The translations under genes were made by a program, and so were the position numbers. From positions 32,303 through 96,302 of the IMG/VR virus record IMGVR_UViG_3300017911_002158: a stretch of 64,000 bases of DNA; one strand, given 5' to 3'. Of the stretch, positions 50,331 through 60,346 are shown one piece after another (position 1 is the stretch's first letter; each line of letters starts with the position of its first letter). The stretch comes from a virus (taxonomy: Duplodnaviria; Caudoviricetes). The notes beneath the pieces are model-generated. The model was not told the DNA's origin. It did not search any database and worked only from the letters and a program-made list of their open reading frames with translations.

Positions 50331-51521
50331 AGGATTATTAATATGGATAGAGATATTTGTAGTATGCTTTTCCAGCAAATCGAAAAACCTAAAAATTTTG
50401 AACTATGTAAAGCGATAAATGTTTATGACAATAAATATAGAATAAATGTATATACTAGAATTTACGACGAAGTATATGACTTAGAAAAGAAACGTATTAC
50501 ACATAGTTATTTCGCTAAATTAAATGGAGACAAATTGGAGTTGTTAGCGTAATGAGTTTTGGTGTTGTGCTATTGACAATCATATGTCTTTTGTTTACAA
50601 TAGGCATTGTAAGCACTGTGGTTTCGATCATTTATGAAAAAGAATTAAATAAGCAATATGTTCCAACCCAACCGACTCGCTCAGTGGTTAAACCATTGAT
50701 AAAAAACAAAGAGTTGGCAACTGATATTGCTGATGATTATTTTTCTGAATTTGATTTTGATAATGTAATTGTTTCCGACCAGGAATTTTATTATGAGAAA
50801 ATGGATATCCACAAGATATCATCTGCCAGATGAAGGTCAAAAAATTTATTATTTCTGTGATTTCTTAGGTATATTTAGGGGTGAGTATCATTTAGAGAAA
50901 ACAAGAGTTGCTATTGCTCTAAGTCCTCATACTTTTATTAGTAATCACGGAAAACTAGATAGTGATGAAGTTACATACTGGATGCCATATGATCATGCTT
51001 TTAGAGACATGATTCCTTTACCTCCAGATTATAAAAAAATTGACATTCATCACTCACAGTCTATGATAAATAGTGGTTTAGACTTAAACTTCGATGAAGT
51101 GGAAATTCCGCAACAACACAGACAAATGAAATTTAATTATGAAATAGCAGGAGATATTAAATGAATAGATTTATTAGGGCATTAGAGGCAAAATATCAAG
51201 CAAATATTGAAGAAGCATTAGCTACAATTGATTTGTATCTAAATAAATCCGTTGGAGTTGGTGAACATCCAGATATTTTAGACGTTCTAGATAAATACGT
51301 CGCTCTACTAGATGAAAATAAATCTAAGATAGAAACATTAAGGTCTTTATTCCTTCCTTTAGATGAAACTGCAAATAGTGCTTCATCAGATCAAAAATAA
51401 TTTTCAATTTAATATTGTTGTATTAATAATCTGTTTTGTTCTAGGGTATGTGGTAGCAATACTACTGCCCTAGACTTGACATTGTTTAGAACTTATGTTA
51501 TACTCCTAACAGGAGAACTAC

Positions 51522-51866
51522 ATGAAACAGGAACATATTGATTTAATTGATGAATGGTGCAATGTATTGGAAATTAAAACCAACAAAGATATTTCATACA
51601 GAAACAGAACATATTTCTGGTTTAAGATTAATAAGAAATATACTAAAATAGTTAAGGTTGATGGTTGGGATCAACAAGAAAGTGTTCACGCTTTTGTTGA
51701 CAACAAAACACTTGATGTGTATAAAGCAGCAACTTGGAAAGCACCTTTTAAAGATGCTAGGTATAATTTGTCTACTAGTTTTAATGAATTACTAAATGAC
51801 TGCGAATGGACAGGTGGTTACTTATACAAAAGTGGAGTTAAAAAAGTAAAGGCTTATGGTTGCTAG
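51522..51866 (+). CDS. Phage hypothetical protein (SVHAFVD..DVYKAATWKAP)
   Basis: sigma70 promoter at about 51476-51504, AGGAG RBS. Confidence 0.7.
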   Translation: MKQEHIDLIDEWCNVLEIKTNKDISYRNRTYFWFKINKKYTKIVKVDGWDQQESVHAFVDNKTLDVYKAATWKAPFKDARYNLSTSFNELLNDCEWTGGYLYKSGVKKVKAYGC

Positions 51867-52756
51867 TAAAAGAAAAAAAGAAATTCTGTATTTAGAAAAA
51901 AAACAAAACATTAAGAAACTTCTTGAATCTTTAGGGTATGAGAATATACTAAGATATATGATCGAAGATTTAGATAATATTGAAGATGTTAATAACACGC
52001 AAAGTATGTATCTTTTTCAACTTATTTCTGCACTAGAAAATGCCTTAGAGATATATCCAAGAATTCAAAATGCCTAAAGAAACTAAACCATTAAAATATC
52101 TGTCTGTTTTACCAGAAAAGAAAAAACAGATAGCTAATATCTATAAAGATTATCAAGTTACAGAACACATAGAAGAACTTTATGATTTAATAGATTATCA
52201 AATGAAACTAATTAGTGATCAACGTAGACAAATCGTTGCAGACAAACATAAGGATGCTTGGAAACATTACTATAAATCCTTAGATGAATATAATGAATCT
52301 GAGAGAAGATATTTTACAGAAGAAGAACTAAAAGCGAGGAAATGCTAGATGAAATGGTCGCTTATTAAAAGTTGGGCTAAAGATCATGGATACACTAGTT
52401 TCAGAGAAAAAACTGATAGAGTTGACAATCCTAATGAATATGATTACTATTGGGGTAAGACAGATGATCCTTCTGTAACTGGATGTGCAATCAGCGTAAG
52501 CAAACTTGCTACAGACATTTATAATCATATGACAGATAATAAGTTTGTAGAACATCAGGAAAGATATAGACAACAAATGGCAAACGAGGATATAAGTCGT
52601 GATGCATTGTCAGAAGGATGGTAAAAGATTCAAGATAACCAATATACCAATAACATTAGGAAGTTTACTAGCATCAGTAATTAGTGCTATTGCTGGATAT
52701 ATTGCTGTTTATTTTTTTAAGCCTTTATGGGCAAAACTTATTAAGTGGTGGAATAA

Positions 52757-53407
52757 ATGAATGTTAAACTAATTAGCGTGACTCCAGACGCAGAAAAACA
52801 CATGGCATATTGTGCTAGGGTGTCAAACCCGATGGGGCAGGATCGAGATGATTATGCTAAATTATTAAAATACTGCATTGATCATGGTCATTGGTCAATT
52901 TTTGAAATGGCAAATATGGTTCTTGAAATAAATACTACAAGAGGTATTGCAGCACAAATACTTCGTCATCGTAGTTTTAGTTTTCAAGAGTTTAGTCAGA
53001 GATATGCAGATACAAACTTGCTGACAGAAGATATTCCTCCTATTGACATTCGTAGACAAGACGTTAAAAATAGACAGAACAGTATAGATGACTTTGAAGA
53101 AAGTGACAAAAAGACTTTCAAAGAAATAATTCATAATCATTTTATGGCTAGTCAACACTTGTATCAAACATTACTTGACGGAGGTGTTGCAAAAGAATGT
53201 GCAAGATTTGTTCTACCTTTAGCAACTCCTACAAGAATGTATATGAATGGGACTATAAGATCGTGGATACATTACATTAATCTTAGGGAAAGTAATGGAA
53301 CACAAAAAGAACATATGAATATTGCTAAAGAGTGCAAGAAGATATTTTGCGAACAATTTCCAACAATAGCGGAAGCACTAGGTGGAGCAGAAAAAGATTG
53401 GAGTTGA
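52757..53407 (+). CDS. thyX: FAD-dependent thymidylate synthase
   Basis: HWSIFE, QILRHRSFSFQEFSQRY, KECARFVLP. Confidence 0.97.
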   Translation: MNVKLISVTPDAEKHMAYCARVSNPMGQDRDDYAKLLKYCIDHGHWSIFEMANMVLEINTTRGIAAQILRHRSFSFQEFSQRYADTNLLTEDIPPIDIRRQDVKNRQNSIDDFEESDKKTFKEIIHNHFMASQHLYQTLLDGGVAKECARFVLPLATPTRMYMNGTIRSWIHYINLRESNGTQKEHMNIAKECKKIFCEQFPTIAEALGGAEKDWS

Positions 53408-53452
53408 CAATCTGGTTTTGCCGATATATAATTGGAACACAGGAGCAAAACT

Positions 53453-54367
53453 ATGACTAAACTCGGACTCTGCTGCATATCTCTCGACCTGCAAGAACTT
53501 GACGAACCACTCAAGTTCCAGACTATGACATATAAACGGTTTAGCCAACTAGACCGTAGCGAAGCATTGTCTATATTAGGCGACCGTATCTTAAATAATA
53601 TGCTTGTGACAAATGCTACTATTCAGCATTGTGCAGATAACGATATGTGCTATCGTATTAGTAGTGATCTATTCCCACTAATGACATATCAAGCAGCAAA
53701 TATTGAGTGGGAAGAACTACCTAACTACGATCAGATTGATGAATCATTTGATCTCATTTACGAGACTATACAATCTACCAATATTCGTATATCTGCCCAT
53801 CCTAGTGAGTTCAATGTATTAGCATCTACTAATACTGATGCAGTTGACAGAACCGTTACAGAACTAAATTTTTACAGTAGTTTCCTTGACAGGATTGGTT
53901 GTCCTGCCGATTATAATTCGCCCATGAATTTACATATCAATAATCGACAAGGAAGTAACGATGAGGTTGTTAACAGATTTATGCGGAATTACGATAGACT
54001 TGACGATAATTGCCGCAATCGTCTTGTTATCGAAAATGATGATAAACTTAATTGCTGGTCTGTTAAGCAGTTAATAGAAGATTTCTACCCCAAGACCCAT
54101 ATACCTATAACCTTCGACTATCTGCATCATGCTTGTCATCCTGACGGTTGGACAGAGCAACAGGCTATAAGATTTTGTTATTTGACTTGGCCTACAAAAC
54201 CCCTGTTTCATTATAGCGAAAATATACCCGATCATCCAAACCCACGCAAACACGCAGATTATGCGTCAAAACCTTTCAATACTTATGGATTAGACTTTGA
54301 TGTAGATATGGAACTAAAAATGAAAGACAAAGCCATAGCAGCATACCTAGAAGGTGTATTAGTATGA
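53453..54367 (+). CDS. uvsE: UV damage endonuclease
   Basis: LGLCC, YRISSDLFP, SAHP, LVIENDD, FDYLHH, HYSE, HADY, MELKMKD. Confidence 0.93.
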   Translation: MTKLGLCCISLDLQELDEPLKFQTMTYKRFSQLDRSEALSILGDRILNNMLVTNATIQHCADNDMCYRISSDLFPLMTYQAANIEWEELPNYDQIDESFDLIYETIQSTNIRISAHPSEFNVLASTNTDAVDRTVTELNFYSSFLDRIGCPADYNSPMNLHINNRQGSNDEVVNRFMRNYDRLDDNCRNRLVIENDDKLNCWSVKQLIEDFYPKTHIPITFDYLHHACHPDGWTEQQAIRFCYLTWPTKPLFHYSENIPDHPNPRKHADYASKPFNTYGLDFDVDMELKMKDKAIAAYLEGVLV

Positions 54368-54677
54368 GCGGATGGTTAATTGCATTGACTGGGATTATTT
54401 ACCTTTATGTCTCAATTGAACAATTATATAACCATAAGAATGTTGGAATGTTTATAGCATATCTTGGTTATGCCTTTTCTAATATTGGATTATATTTACT
54501 AGCATCAAAATAGGGAGATTCAGATGAAAGAACCTACAAGATATTCTATGACTACCGGATTGCCAGTAACTAAAGAAGTAAATTCTTATCCTCTTAAAAG
54601 TGCAGAACAATCATTTTGGGATTTTATATCAAAGCATGAACAAGCCAGACAAGATTGGCATAACAAAGCAAAAAATA

Positions 54678-55118
54678 ATGAAGATAATAAAGAGGGCGAT
54701 CAAACTTAGTTACGATAGATTTAAACCCAATCCTTATCAACGAAGATATCATTTTGCTATTGCTTTTGATGTAAATAAGCCAATTGCTATTGCACAAAAT
54801 AATCCAATAAAAATAAACCATAAGGCTTACAAAATAGGACAAAGATTTAATATCTCACAATATAAGGAATATCCATACTCTCATGCTGAATCTCATCTTG
54901 TATCTAAATTACTTGATACATATAATACCATTCGTTCTGATTGGTCACTTGTTGTACTCCGTATTAATAGACAGGGCAAAATACTACTAAGTAAACCTTG
55001 CGATAATTGTCAAAGAATTTTAGATTCTGTAGGATTAAAAAAAGTATATTGGAGCATAGATAGAAATACTTTTGCATTTAACAATAAGATTATTTCTTTA
55101 AGGAATATTTATGAGTAA
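54678..55118 (+). CDS. Cytidine/dCMP deaminase-like zinc protein
   Basis: HAE and SKPCDNC motifs. Confidence 0.75.
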   Translation: MKIIKRAIKLSYDRFKPNPYQRRYHFAIAFDVNKPIAIAQNNPIKINHKAYKIGQRFNISQYKEYPYSHAESHLVSKLLDTYNTIRSDWSLVVLRINRQGKILLSKPCDNCQRILDSVGLKKVYWSIDRNTFAFNNKIISLRNIYE

Positions 55119-56028
55119 AATATTAGTCACTGGTGGAACTGGATTGCTAGGTAGTGCATTAAAACAATTTTTACATGATGCTATTTTTGTATCATCAGTA
55201 GACTGTAATCTTTATGATTTTGACGATACATTTAGAATGTTAAAACAATACAAGCCCAATACTGTTATTCATTTAGCGGCAGAGGTCGGTGGTTTGTTTA
55301 AGAACATGAACGACAATGAGGGTATGCTAAACAGAAACCTTATTATGAACACAAACATAATAAAATCATGCTTATATGAGAATGTAACAAAATTTATTGG
55401 CTGTTTATCTACTTGTATATTTCCTGCTACAGTTCAGTATCCAATCACAGAGGATATGCTACATGATGGAGAACCGCATGAATCAAACTATGGATATGCT
55501 TATGCAAAAAGAATGATGGAGGTTCAATGTAGATCAATTAGAGATCAATACGGATACTCATATAACTGCATCATCCCTACTAATATTTATGGCACACATG
55601 ATAATTATAGCCTTAAAGATGGTCATGTAATACCTTCATTAATTCATAAAGCATATTTAGCTAAAAAAAATGATACCGATTTCTCTGTTGCTGGAAGCGG
55701 AAAACCATTAAGACAATTTATATACGCTAAAGATTTATCAAATATTATATCAAAATTAATTGTTTTGGAATCATTGAAAAGCCCTATAATTATAGCAGAT
55801 AAAATAGAATATAGTATTTATGAAGTATCATATATGATATCTGAATATTTTGGTATTTCTGATCGTCTTGTGTTTGATACCAATTTATCAGATGGTCAAT
55901 ATAAAAAAACAGCAGATAATTCACGTCTTATTGAGACTATAGGTGATTTTACTTTTACGCCATTAAAACAGGGTCTTAAAGAAACTATAGATTGGTTTGT
56001 TGAAAATTACGACAAAGCCAGAAAATAA
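55111..56028 (+). CDS. fcl: GDP-L-fucose synthase
   Basis: GGTGLLG, HLAAEVGG, LSTCIFP, YAYAKR, PTNIYG.HDN, GSGKPLRQF. Confidence 0.92.
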   Translation: MSKILVTGGTGLLGSALKQFLHDAIFVSSVDCNLYDFDDTFRMLKQYKPNTVIHLAAEVGGLFKNMNDNEGMLNRNLIMNTNIIKSCLYENVTKFIGCLSTCIFPATVQYPITEDMLHDGEPHESNYGYAYAKRMMEVQCRSIRDQYGYSYNCIIPTNIYGTHDNYSLKDGHVIPSLIHKAYLAKKNDTDFSVAGSGKPLRQFIYAKDLSNIISKLIVLESLKSPIIIADKIEYSIYEVSYMISEYFGISDRLVFDTNLSDGQYKKTADNSRLIETIGDFTFTPLKQGLKETIDWFVENYDKARK

Positions 56029-56100
56029 TTGAAGTAATGTCTTGACAAACGCCGATACTAGTGATATACTAGAGGAAATCAATCTTTCACAGGAGACTAA

Positions 56101-56511
56101 ATGATGCCGAAGGGCAAGAAAACTTGCGACAATTGCGGAACCATGACAGGCCCAAGGGCATATATGTGTTCTAATTGCAATACTCCTTTTACTTTTGCTG
56201 TTCAAAGCAAGGAAAGGAAAAATACTAGAGTTATTCGTAACTTTGATTGGCGTGAACTAGAAACCGGAGACAAGATTAAAACTAGTGGAGGCCCATATTA
56301 TGTTAAGGGTGGAGAATTTATCCCTATGGGTTATAGAGGTAGATTTACCGTAGTAAGTTTAGATGATAATGGTATTGTTGCCTATAGCGATAAGGGTGGA
56401 TATTGCCATATCTATATGGGTAAAGATATTCAATGCCCAGAAACAAAGGTATGGAAAACAAAACATAAGTTGGCTAAACTAAAGCCTAAAACTCCAAAGA
56501 TTAAGGTGTAA
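56101..56511 (+). CDS. Zinc-ribbon hypothetical protein
   Basis: CDNCG...CSNC; composite promoter at 56030-56070. Confidence 0.65.
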   Translation: MMPKGKKTCDNCGTMTGPRAYMCSNCNTPFTFAVQSKERKNTRVIRNFDWRELETGDKIKTSGGPYYVKGGEFIPMGYRGRFTVVSLDDNGIVAYSDKGGYCHIYMGKDIQCPETKVWKTKHKLAKLKPKTPKIKV

Positions 56512-56542
56512 AATATAATAATCTATTTTCATTGGAGATATT

Positions 56543-56824
56543 ATGCCCCCTAAAAAACACAAAGATAAAGACAGCGTAAGGACTATTGAAACGCCAAGTG
56601 CTTTTGGCAGTCATTCTAGTATGCTGGTAGATATTGATGAAATTGCAAAAAATCATAATGTTCCATCAGATAAGGTTATATGTCAAGACGAAAGAGGATA
56701 TTATGTAACCTATAAAAATAGGATTGATAATGGTCTGGCTGACCCTTGCAGATATGCTTGTCCATTATGCAGGTTTAGTAACTTAAACATTGTCTTTGCT
56801 AGTTGGGATATCGTCAAAAAATAA
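56543..56824 (+). CDS. Hypothetical protein
   Basis: GGAG RBS, GGTGTA motif upstream. Confidence 0.55.
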   Translation: MPPKKHKDKDSVRTIETPSAFGSHSSMLVDIDEIAKNHNVPSDKVICQDERGYYVTYKNRIDNGLADPCRYACPLCRFSNLNIVFASWDIVKK

Positions 56825-56940
56825 CTAAAGACTTGACAACCAACTGCCGATAGATTATACTAATACAGTACGGGTTTGGTTTTTTGTGGCGAATCAGACC
56901 CTTTGGTTTTAGGATGCCACGCTTTAAAAGGGTTTATTTT

Positions 56941-57171
56941 ATGGCAACTTCGACTATGACGAAGCAGGATCGTGTGGTTAACTATCTTACCAAGGGACGA
57001 ACCTTGAGTCAGGATAGTGCTTATAGTATGTTTGAAGTAGGTAATCTTCGGGCTACTATTAGCGACGTTAAGCCGATGCTTCATACGAAGGGTTTTGATG
57101 TTGTGCGTACAACTGGCAGGCACGGCGAAACTCGCTATGGTGTTACTCGTCGCCAGACTAGACGACGATAA
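56941..57171 (+). CDS. Small winged-HTH DNA-binding protein
   Basis: QDRVVNYLTKGRTLSQDSAYSMFEVGNLRATISDVK. Confidence 0.65.
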   Translation: MATSTMTKQDRVVNYLTKGRTLSQDSAYSMFEVGNLRATISDVKPMLHTKGFDVVRTTGRHGETRYGVTRRQTRRR

Positions 57172-57207
57172 TTTAAATGGTCTTAGACTAATAATCTAAG
57201 GCCAAAA

Positions 57208-57279
57208 GCCCACATAGTATAATGGTTATTACAGTTGATTTGTAATCATCGGATGGGGGTTCGATTCCCTCTGCGGGCT
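57208..57279 (+). tRNA. tRNA-Thr(TGT)
   Basis: Cloverleaf, loop TT-TGT-AA; one mismatch each in the acceptor and anticodon stems. Confidence 0.78.
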
Positions 57280-57280
57280 T

Positions 57281-57351
57281 TACGGGGTGGTGTAACGGTA
57301 GCACAAAGGATTTTGGTTCCTTTTGTCGGGGTTCAAATCCCTGCCCCGTAG
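57281..57351 (+). tRNA. tRNA-Gln(TTG)
   Basis: TACGGGG/CCCCGTA, loop TT-TTG-GT. Confidence 0.9.
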
Positions 57352-57354
57352 TTT

Positions 57355-57426
57355 TGCCCTGTAGTTCAACGGTAGAACAAGCGGCTGTTAACCGCTGGGT
57401 TATAGGTTCAAATCCTATCGGGGCAG
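57355..57426 (+). tRNA. tRNA-Asn(GTT)
   Basis: TGCCCTG/CGGGGCA, loop CT-GTT-AA. Confidence 0.92.
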
Positions 57427-57486
57427 TTAGACTAAAGGAAACACTTGACAGTTGACGATAAGTATGTTAGAATGAGATAACAACAC

Positions 57487-57559
57487 GGGGCGTTCATCTA
57501 ATGGTCAAAGATGCTACTCTTATAAGGTAGTCAAGAAAGTTCGATTCTTTCACGCCCTA
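57487..57559 (+). tRNA. tRNA-Ile(TAT)
   Basis: GGGGCGT/ACGCCCT, CTACT-CT-TAT-AA-GGTAG; own composite promoter at 57433-57473. Confidence 0.85.
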
Positions 57560-57564
57560 CTTAT

Positions 57565-57638
57565 GCCCTCATAACTCAATTGGTTAGAGTAGCGGTCTTT
57601 TAAACCGTAAGTTCTAGGTTCGAGTCCTAGTGGGGGTA
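57565..57638 (+). tRNA. tRNA-Lys(TTT)
   Basis: GCCCTCA/TGGGGGT, loop CT-TTT-AA. Confidence 0.92.
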
Positions 57639-57840
57639 CTGTTAATGTTCGATAGTTTATAACTAGGAGTTTTTAAATGAGTGATTTTGAGTGGGAATAT
57701 TTAGATCATTCAGAACACACTGATGATACAGAAGATACTTTTATTAATGATGAAAATGAATATCTTTATGATAGTCATAATAATCTAACAGAATGGCACT
57801 GTTATTACTCAGATATCGCTCCAGAAGAAATTGAATATTA

Positions 57841-58308
57841 ATGCAAGAATTAATCAACAGAAGAACAGAAAACGGACAATGGATGCAGGGTTGTGAACAC
57901 ACAACATCTCTTCTCAACAAAAAGGTTAGAAATAAAGTAATATTCGATGCAATAGAATCTCTAATTAAAATAGAAAAACAGTTCGATACTATTGCTTGTT
58001 GTGGTACAAGCGGATTGCTGGTTGTTCCTCAAATCTCAGAAATTCTCAAGAAAAATATTCTGGTTGTCAGGAAAAGAAATGAGCAAAGATATTCTCCTTT
58101 TGCTTATGAAGGGGCAGTTCCAGAAAACTATATTATTGTTGATGATTTAATTTGTAGCGGCAAAACTGTAAAGCATATCATTAAGACTATTAACGAAGAT
58201 TGTACTAGAGCAAAATGCTTAGGTGTTTATGTCTTTTTTAAAGATAAGTGCGCATACAAAGCAGACAATTCTTTGTGCAAAAAAGATCTAGGGATAGAAT
58301 ACTTATGA
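57841..58308 (+). CDS. Type I phosphoribosyltransferase
   Basis: YIIVDDLICSGKT PRPP-binding motif. Confidence 0.85.
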   Translation: MQELINRRTENGQWMQGCEHTTSLLNKKVRNKVIFDAIESLIKIEKQFDTIACCGTSGLLVVPQISEILKKNILVVRKRNEQRYSPFAYEGAVPENYIIVDDLICSGKTVKHIIKTINEDCTRAKCLGVYVFFKDKCAYKADNSLCKKDLGIEYL

Positions 58309-59420
58309 AAATTAACAATGATCCTAAATTAGATTTTGATGACGTATTACTGGTTCCGCAAAGAAGCAGGGCAGCATCAAGAAAAGAAGTGGAATTAAAT
58401 AGAAATTTTTCTTTCTATCATTCTAATAGGGTGTGGAAAGGGATTCCTATTTTTGCTGCAAATATGGATACTACTGGTACTGTTGATATATCTAATACTT
58501 TAATGAGATATCAAATGCCAACCTGTCTTCATAAGCACTATTCAAAAGAACAATATCCAGACCTTATCTGGAATCAAGACCTTCAATGGTTTAGTATGGG
58601 TATTAAACAGGATGATCTTGACAAACTCACCTATTGCTGTAAAACAAATCATAGGATTCCTAATATTTGCATTGATGTTGCCAATGGATATACAGACGAT
58701 TTTGTAAATTTTTGTGCTAAAGTTAGAAAAGAACTTGGAGATGAACCAGTTATTATGGCTGGTAATGTATGTACTCCAGAAATGGTTCAAGAAATTATTC
58801 TGCATGGTGGCGTAGACATTGTTAAAGTAGGAATTGGCCCCGGTAGTGCTTGTACCACCAGATTAAAAACAGGTTGTGGCTACCCACAATTATCTGCCAT
58901 TATTGAATGTAGTCATGCTGCTCATGGATTAAAAAGTGGTAAAGGTAAATTAGGGCTGGTTTGTGCTGATGGCGGTTGTAGAACTCCATCAGATATTTGC
59001 AAGGCTTTTGCTGCGGGTGCAGATTTTGTTATGCTTGGCGGGATGCTTGCTGGTACAGAAGAATGTGAGGGTGAGTGGCAGTACGAATATAAGTGTTCTG
59101 TCAGAAATAAAGATGGTTCAGAATGGTGGCAAAGTAGTGACCCCGGTTATCCAACTGACAAAAGAAAAGTTTCATTAAAATTTTATGGTATGTCATCTCA
59201 TAATGCTCAGAATAAATATGGTGGTGTAAAAGATTATAGAGCAAGTGAAGGGAGGACTAAAACTATTCCCTACAAAGGTAGTGCTTCTGTTGTTGTTGAA
59301 GATATTCTTGGTGGATTAAGAAGTGCATGTGCCTATATTGGATCAACTTGTTTAAAAGATATGAATAAGTGTGCAGAATTTAATGTAGTAAATAGAACTC
59401 ATTTTGATCAGAGTTTATAG
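58305..59420 (+). CDS. guaC: GMP reductase
   Basis: KLDFDDVLL.P, ANMDTTGT, IDVANGY, KVGIGPGSACTTR, GYPQLSA, YRASEG. Confidence 0.95.
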   Translation: MKINNDPKLDFDDVLLVPQRSRAASRKEVELNRNFSFYHSNRVWKGIPIFAANMDTTGTVDISNTLMRYQMPTCLHKHYSKEQYPDLIWNQDLQWFSMGIKQDDLDKLTYCCKTNHRIPNICIDVANGYTDDFVNFCAKVRKELGDEPVIMAGNVCTPEMVQEIILHGGVDIVKVGIGPGSACTTRLKTGCGYPQLSAIIECSHAAHGLKSGKGKLGLVCADGGCRTPSDICKAFAAGADFVMLGGMLAGTEECEGEWQYEYKCSVRNKDGSEWWQSSDPGYPTDKRKVSLKFYGMSSHNAQNKYGGVKDYRASEGRTKTIPYKGSASVVVEDILGGLRSACAYIGSTCLKDMNKCAEFNVVNRTHFDQSL

Positions 59421-59760
59421 GGGGCGTAAAGGTTTCGACAGGTAAATAGAAGTGTAGATTGCATCGACTGGTTGATCTAAAGGCCAGTTTAAAAATAGAT
59501 CAAAGTTTCAATTGCCGATACTTCTGTATTAGCACTCGCTGCTTAGTGAGAGGGGTTGCATAAACCTTTTTACCCAATTATGCTGACTCCGATAATCGGA
59601 TAGGGTTGTCCTACCTAAATTAAGAAGGTCGATGAGCGTAAGCGTTCTGACATTTGGAAAGACAAATAGTTTTGTCTATAGTATTAATAACAATAGACTA
59701 ACGATGTAGAAGTTTATATGTAATTTATACTGGACAGGGGTTCGACTCCCCTCGCCTCCA
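59420..59760 (+). ncRNA. ssrA: tmRNA, tag peptide (A)ADTSVLALAA at 59514-59546
   Basis: GGGGGCG/CGCCTCC acceptor stem with G3-U70, GGTTTCGAC D-region, GAC-AGGGGTTCGACTCCCCT T-arm, tag ORF ending LAA-stop. Confidence 0.95.
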
Positions 59761-59807
59761 CTTTTGCCGGAATGGTGTATCTAATCTAAAGAAAGGTTGG
59801 GTGCATT

Positions 59808-60071
59808 ATGTTAATAAAAAAATCTGTTGAGCATTTAGATCAAAATAATATGGGTTATTGGGAGCATTTGCGATTTGCTTCCTCTCATGGTATTAGGTGT
59901 ATCAAAGCGGGCGTTCTTTTAATCCTTCATTCTATCATCCCCGCTTTGTTCCCTAAAACTGGATCAATACTAGTAAATAAATTAAACAAAGATTTTACTG
60001 AACATAATGATTGGTTAATGTTAAAAGCTAAAATGGAAGTCTTTAAAAATATATACAAATCAAATGAGTGA
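59808..60071 (+). CDS. DUF6356-like protein
   Basis: HL....MGYWEHLRFA...ILHSIIPALF. Confidence 0.65.
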   Translation: MLIKKSVEHLDQNNMGYWEHLRFASSHGIRCIKAGVLLILHSIIPALFPKTGSILVNKLNKDFTEHNDWLMLKAKMEVFKNIYKSNE

Positions 60072-60346
60072 AAAAACACAAATAAAAATTCTACAACTAG
60101 AGTTAAGAAAACAAGAAGTTATTGCACAAAATCTCGAAAAGAAAATAGGTAGATACGAAAAGGCAAACAGTATCGTTAAGAATACTATTGCTCAACAGGA
60201 AATTGATGATATAAAAACAGAACTAGAAACAGCAAGACTACAAAAAGCAATTTTGTCATCAAAAATAGAATTGCTCAAAGACTAAAGATTCCCCTTGACA
60301 GCCGCCGATAGATAGGATATACTTGGGGAAACACAGGAGGACTACA

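Noticed and set aside
59501-59521. CAAAG...GCCGATA inside the tmRNA as a sigma28-like promoter
   Set aside because: Spacing is only 8 bp and GCCGAT is the start of the tag ORF
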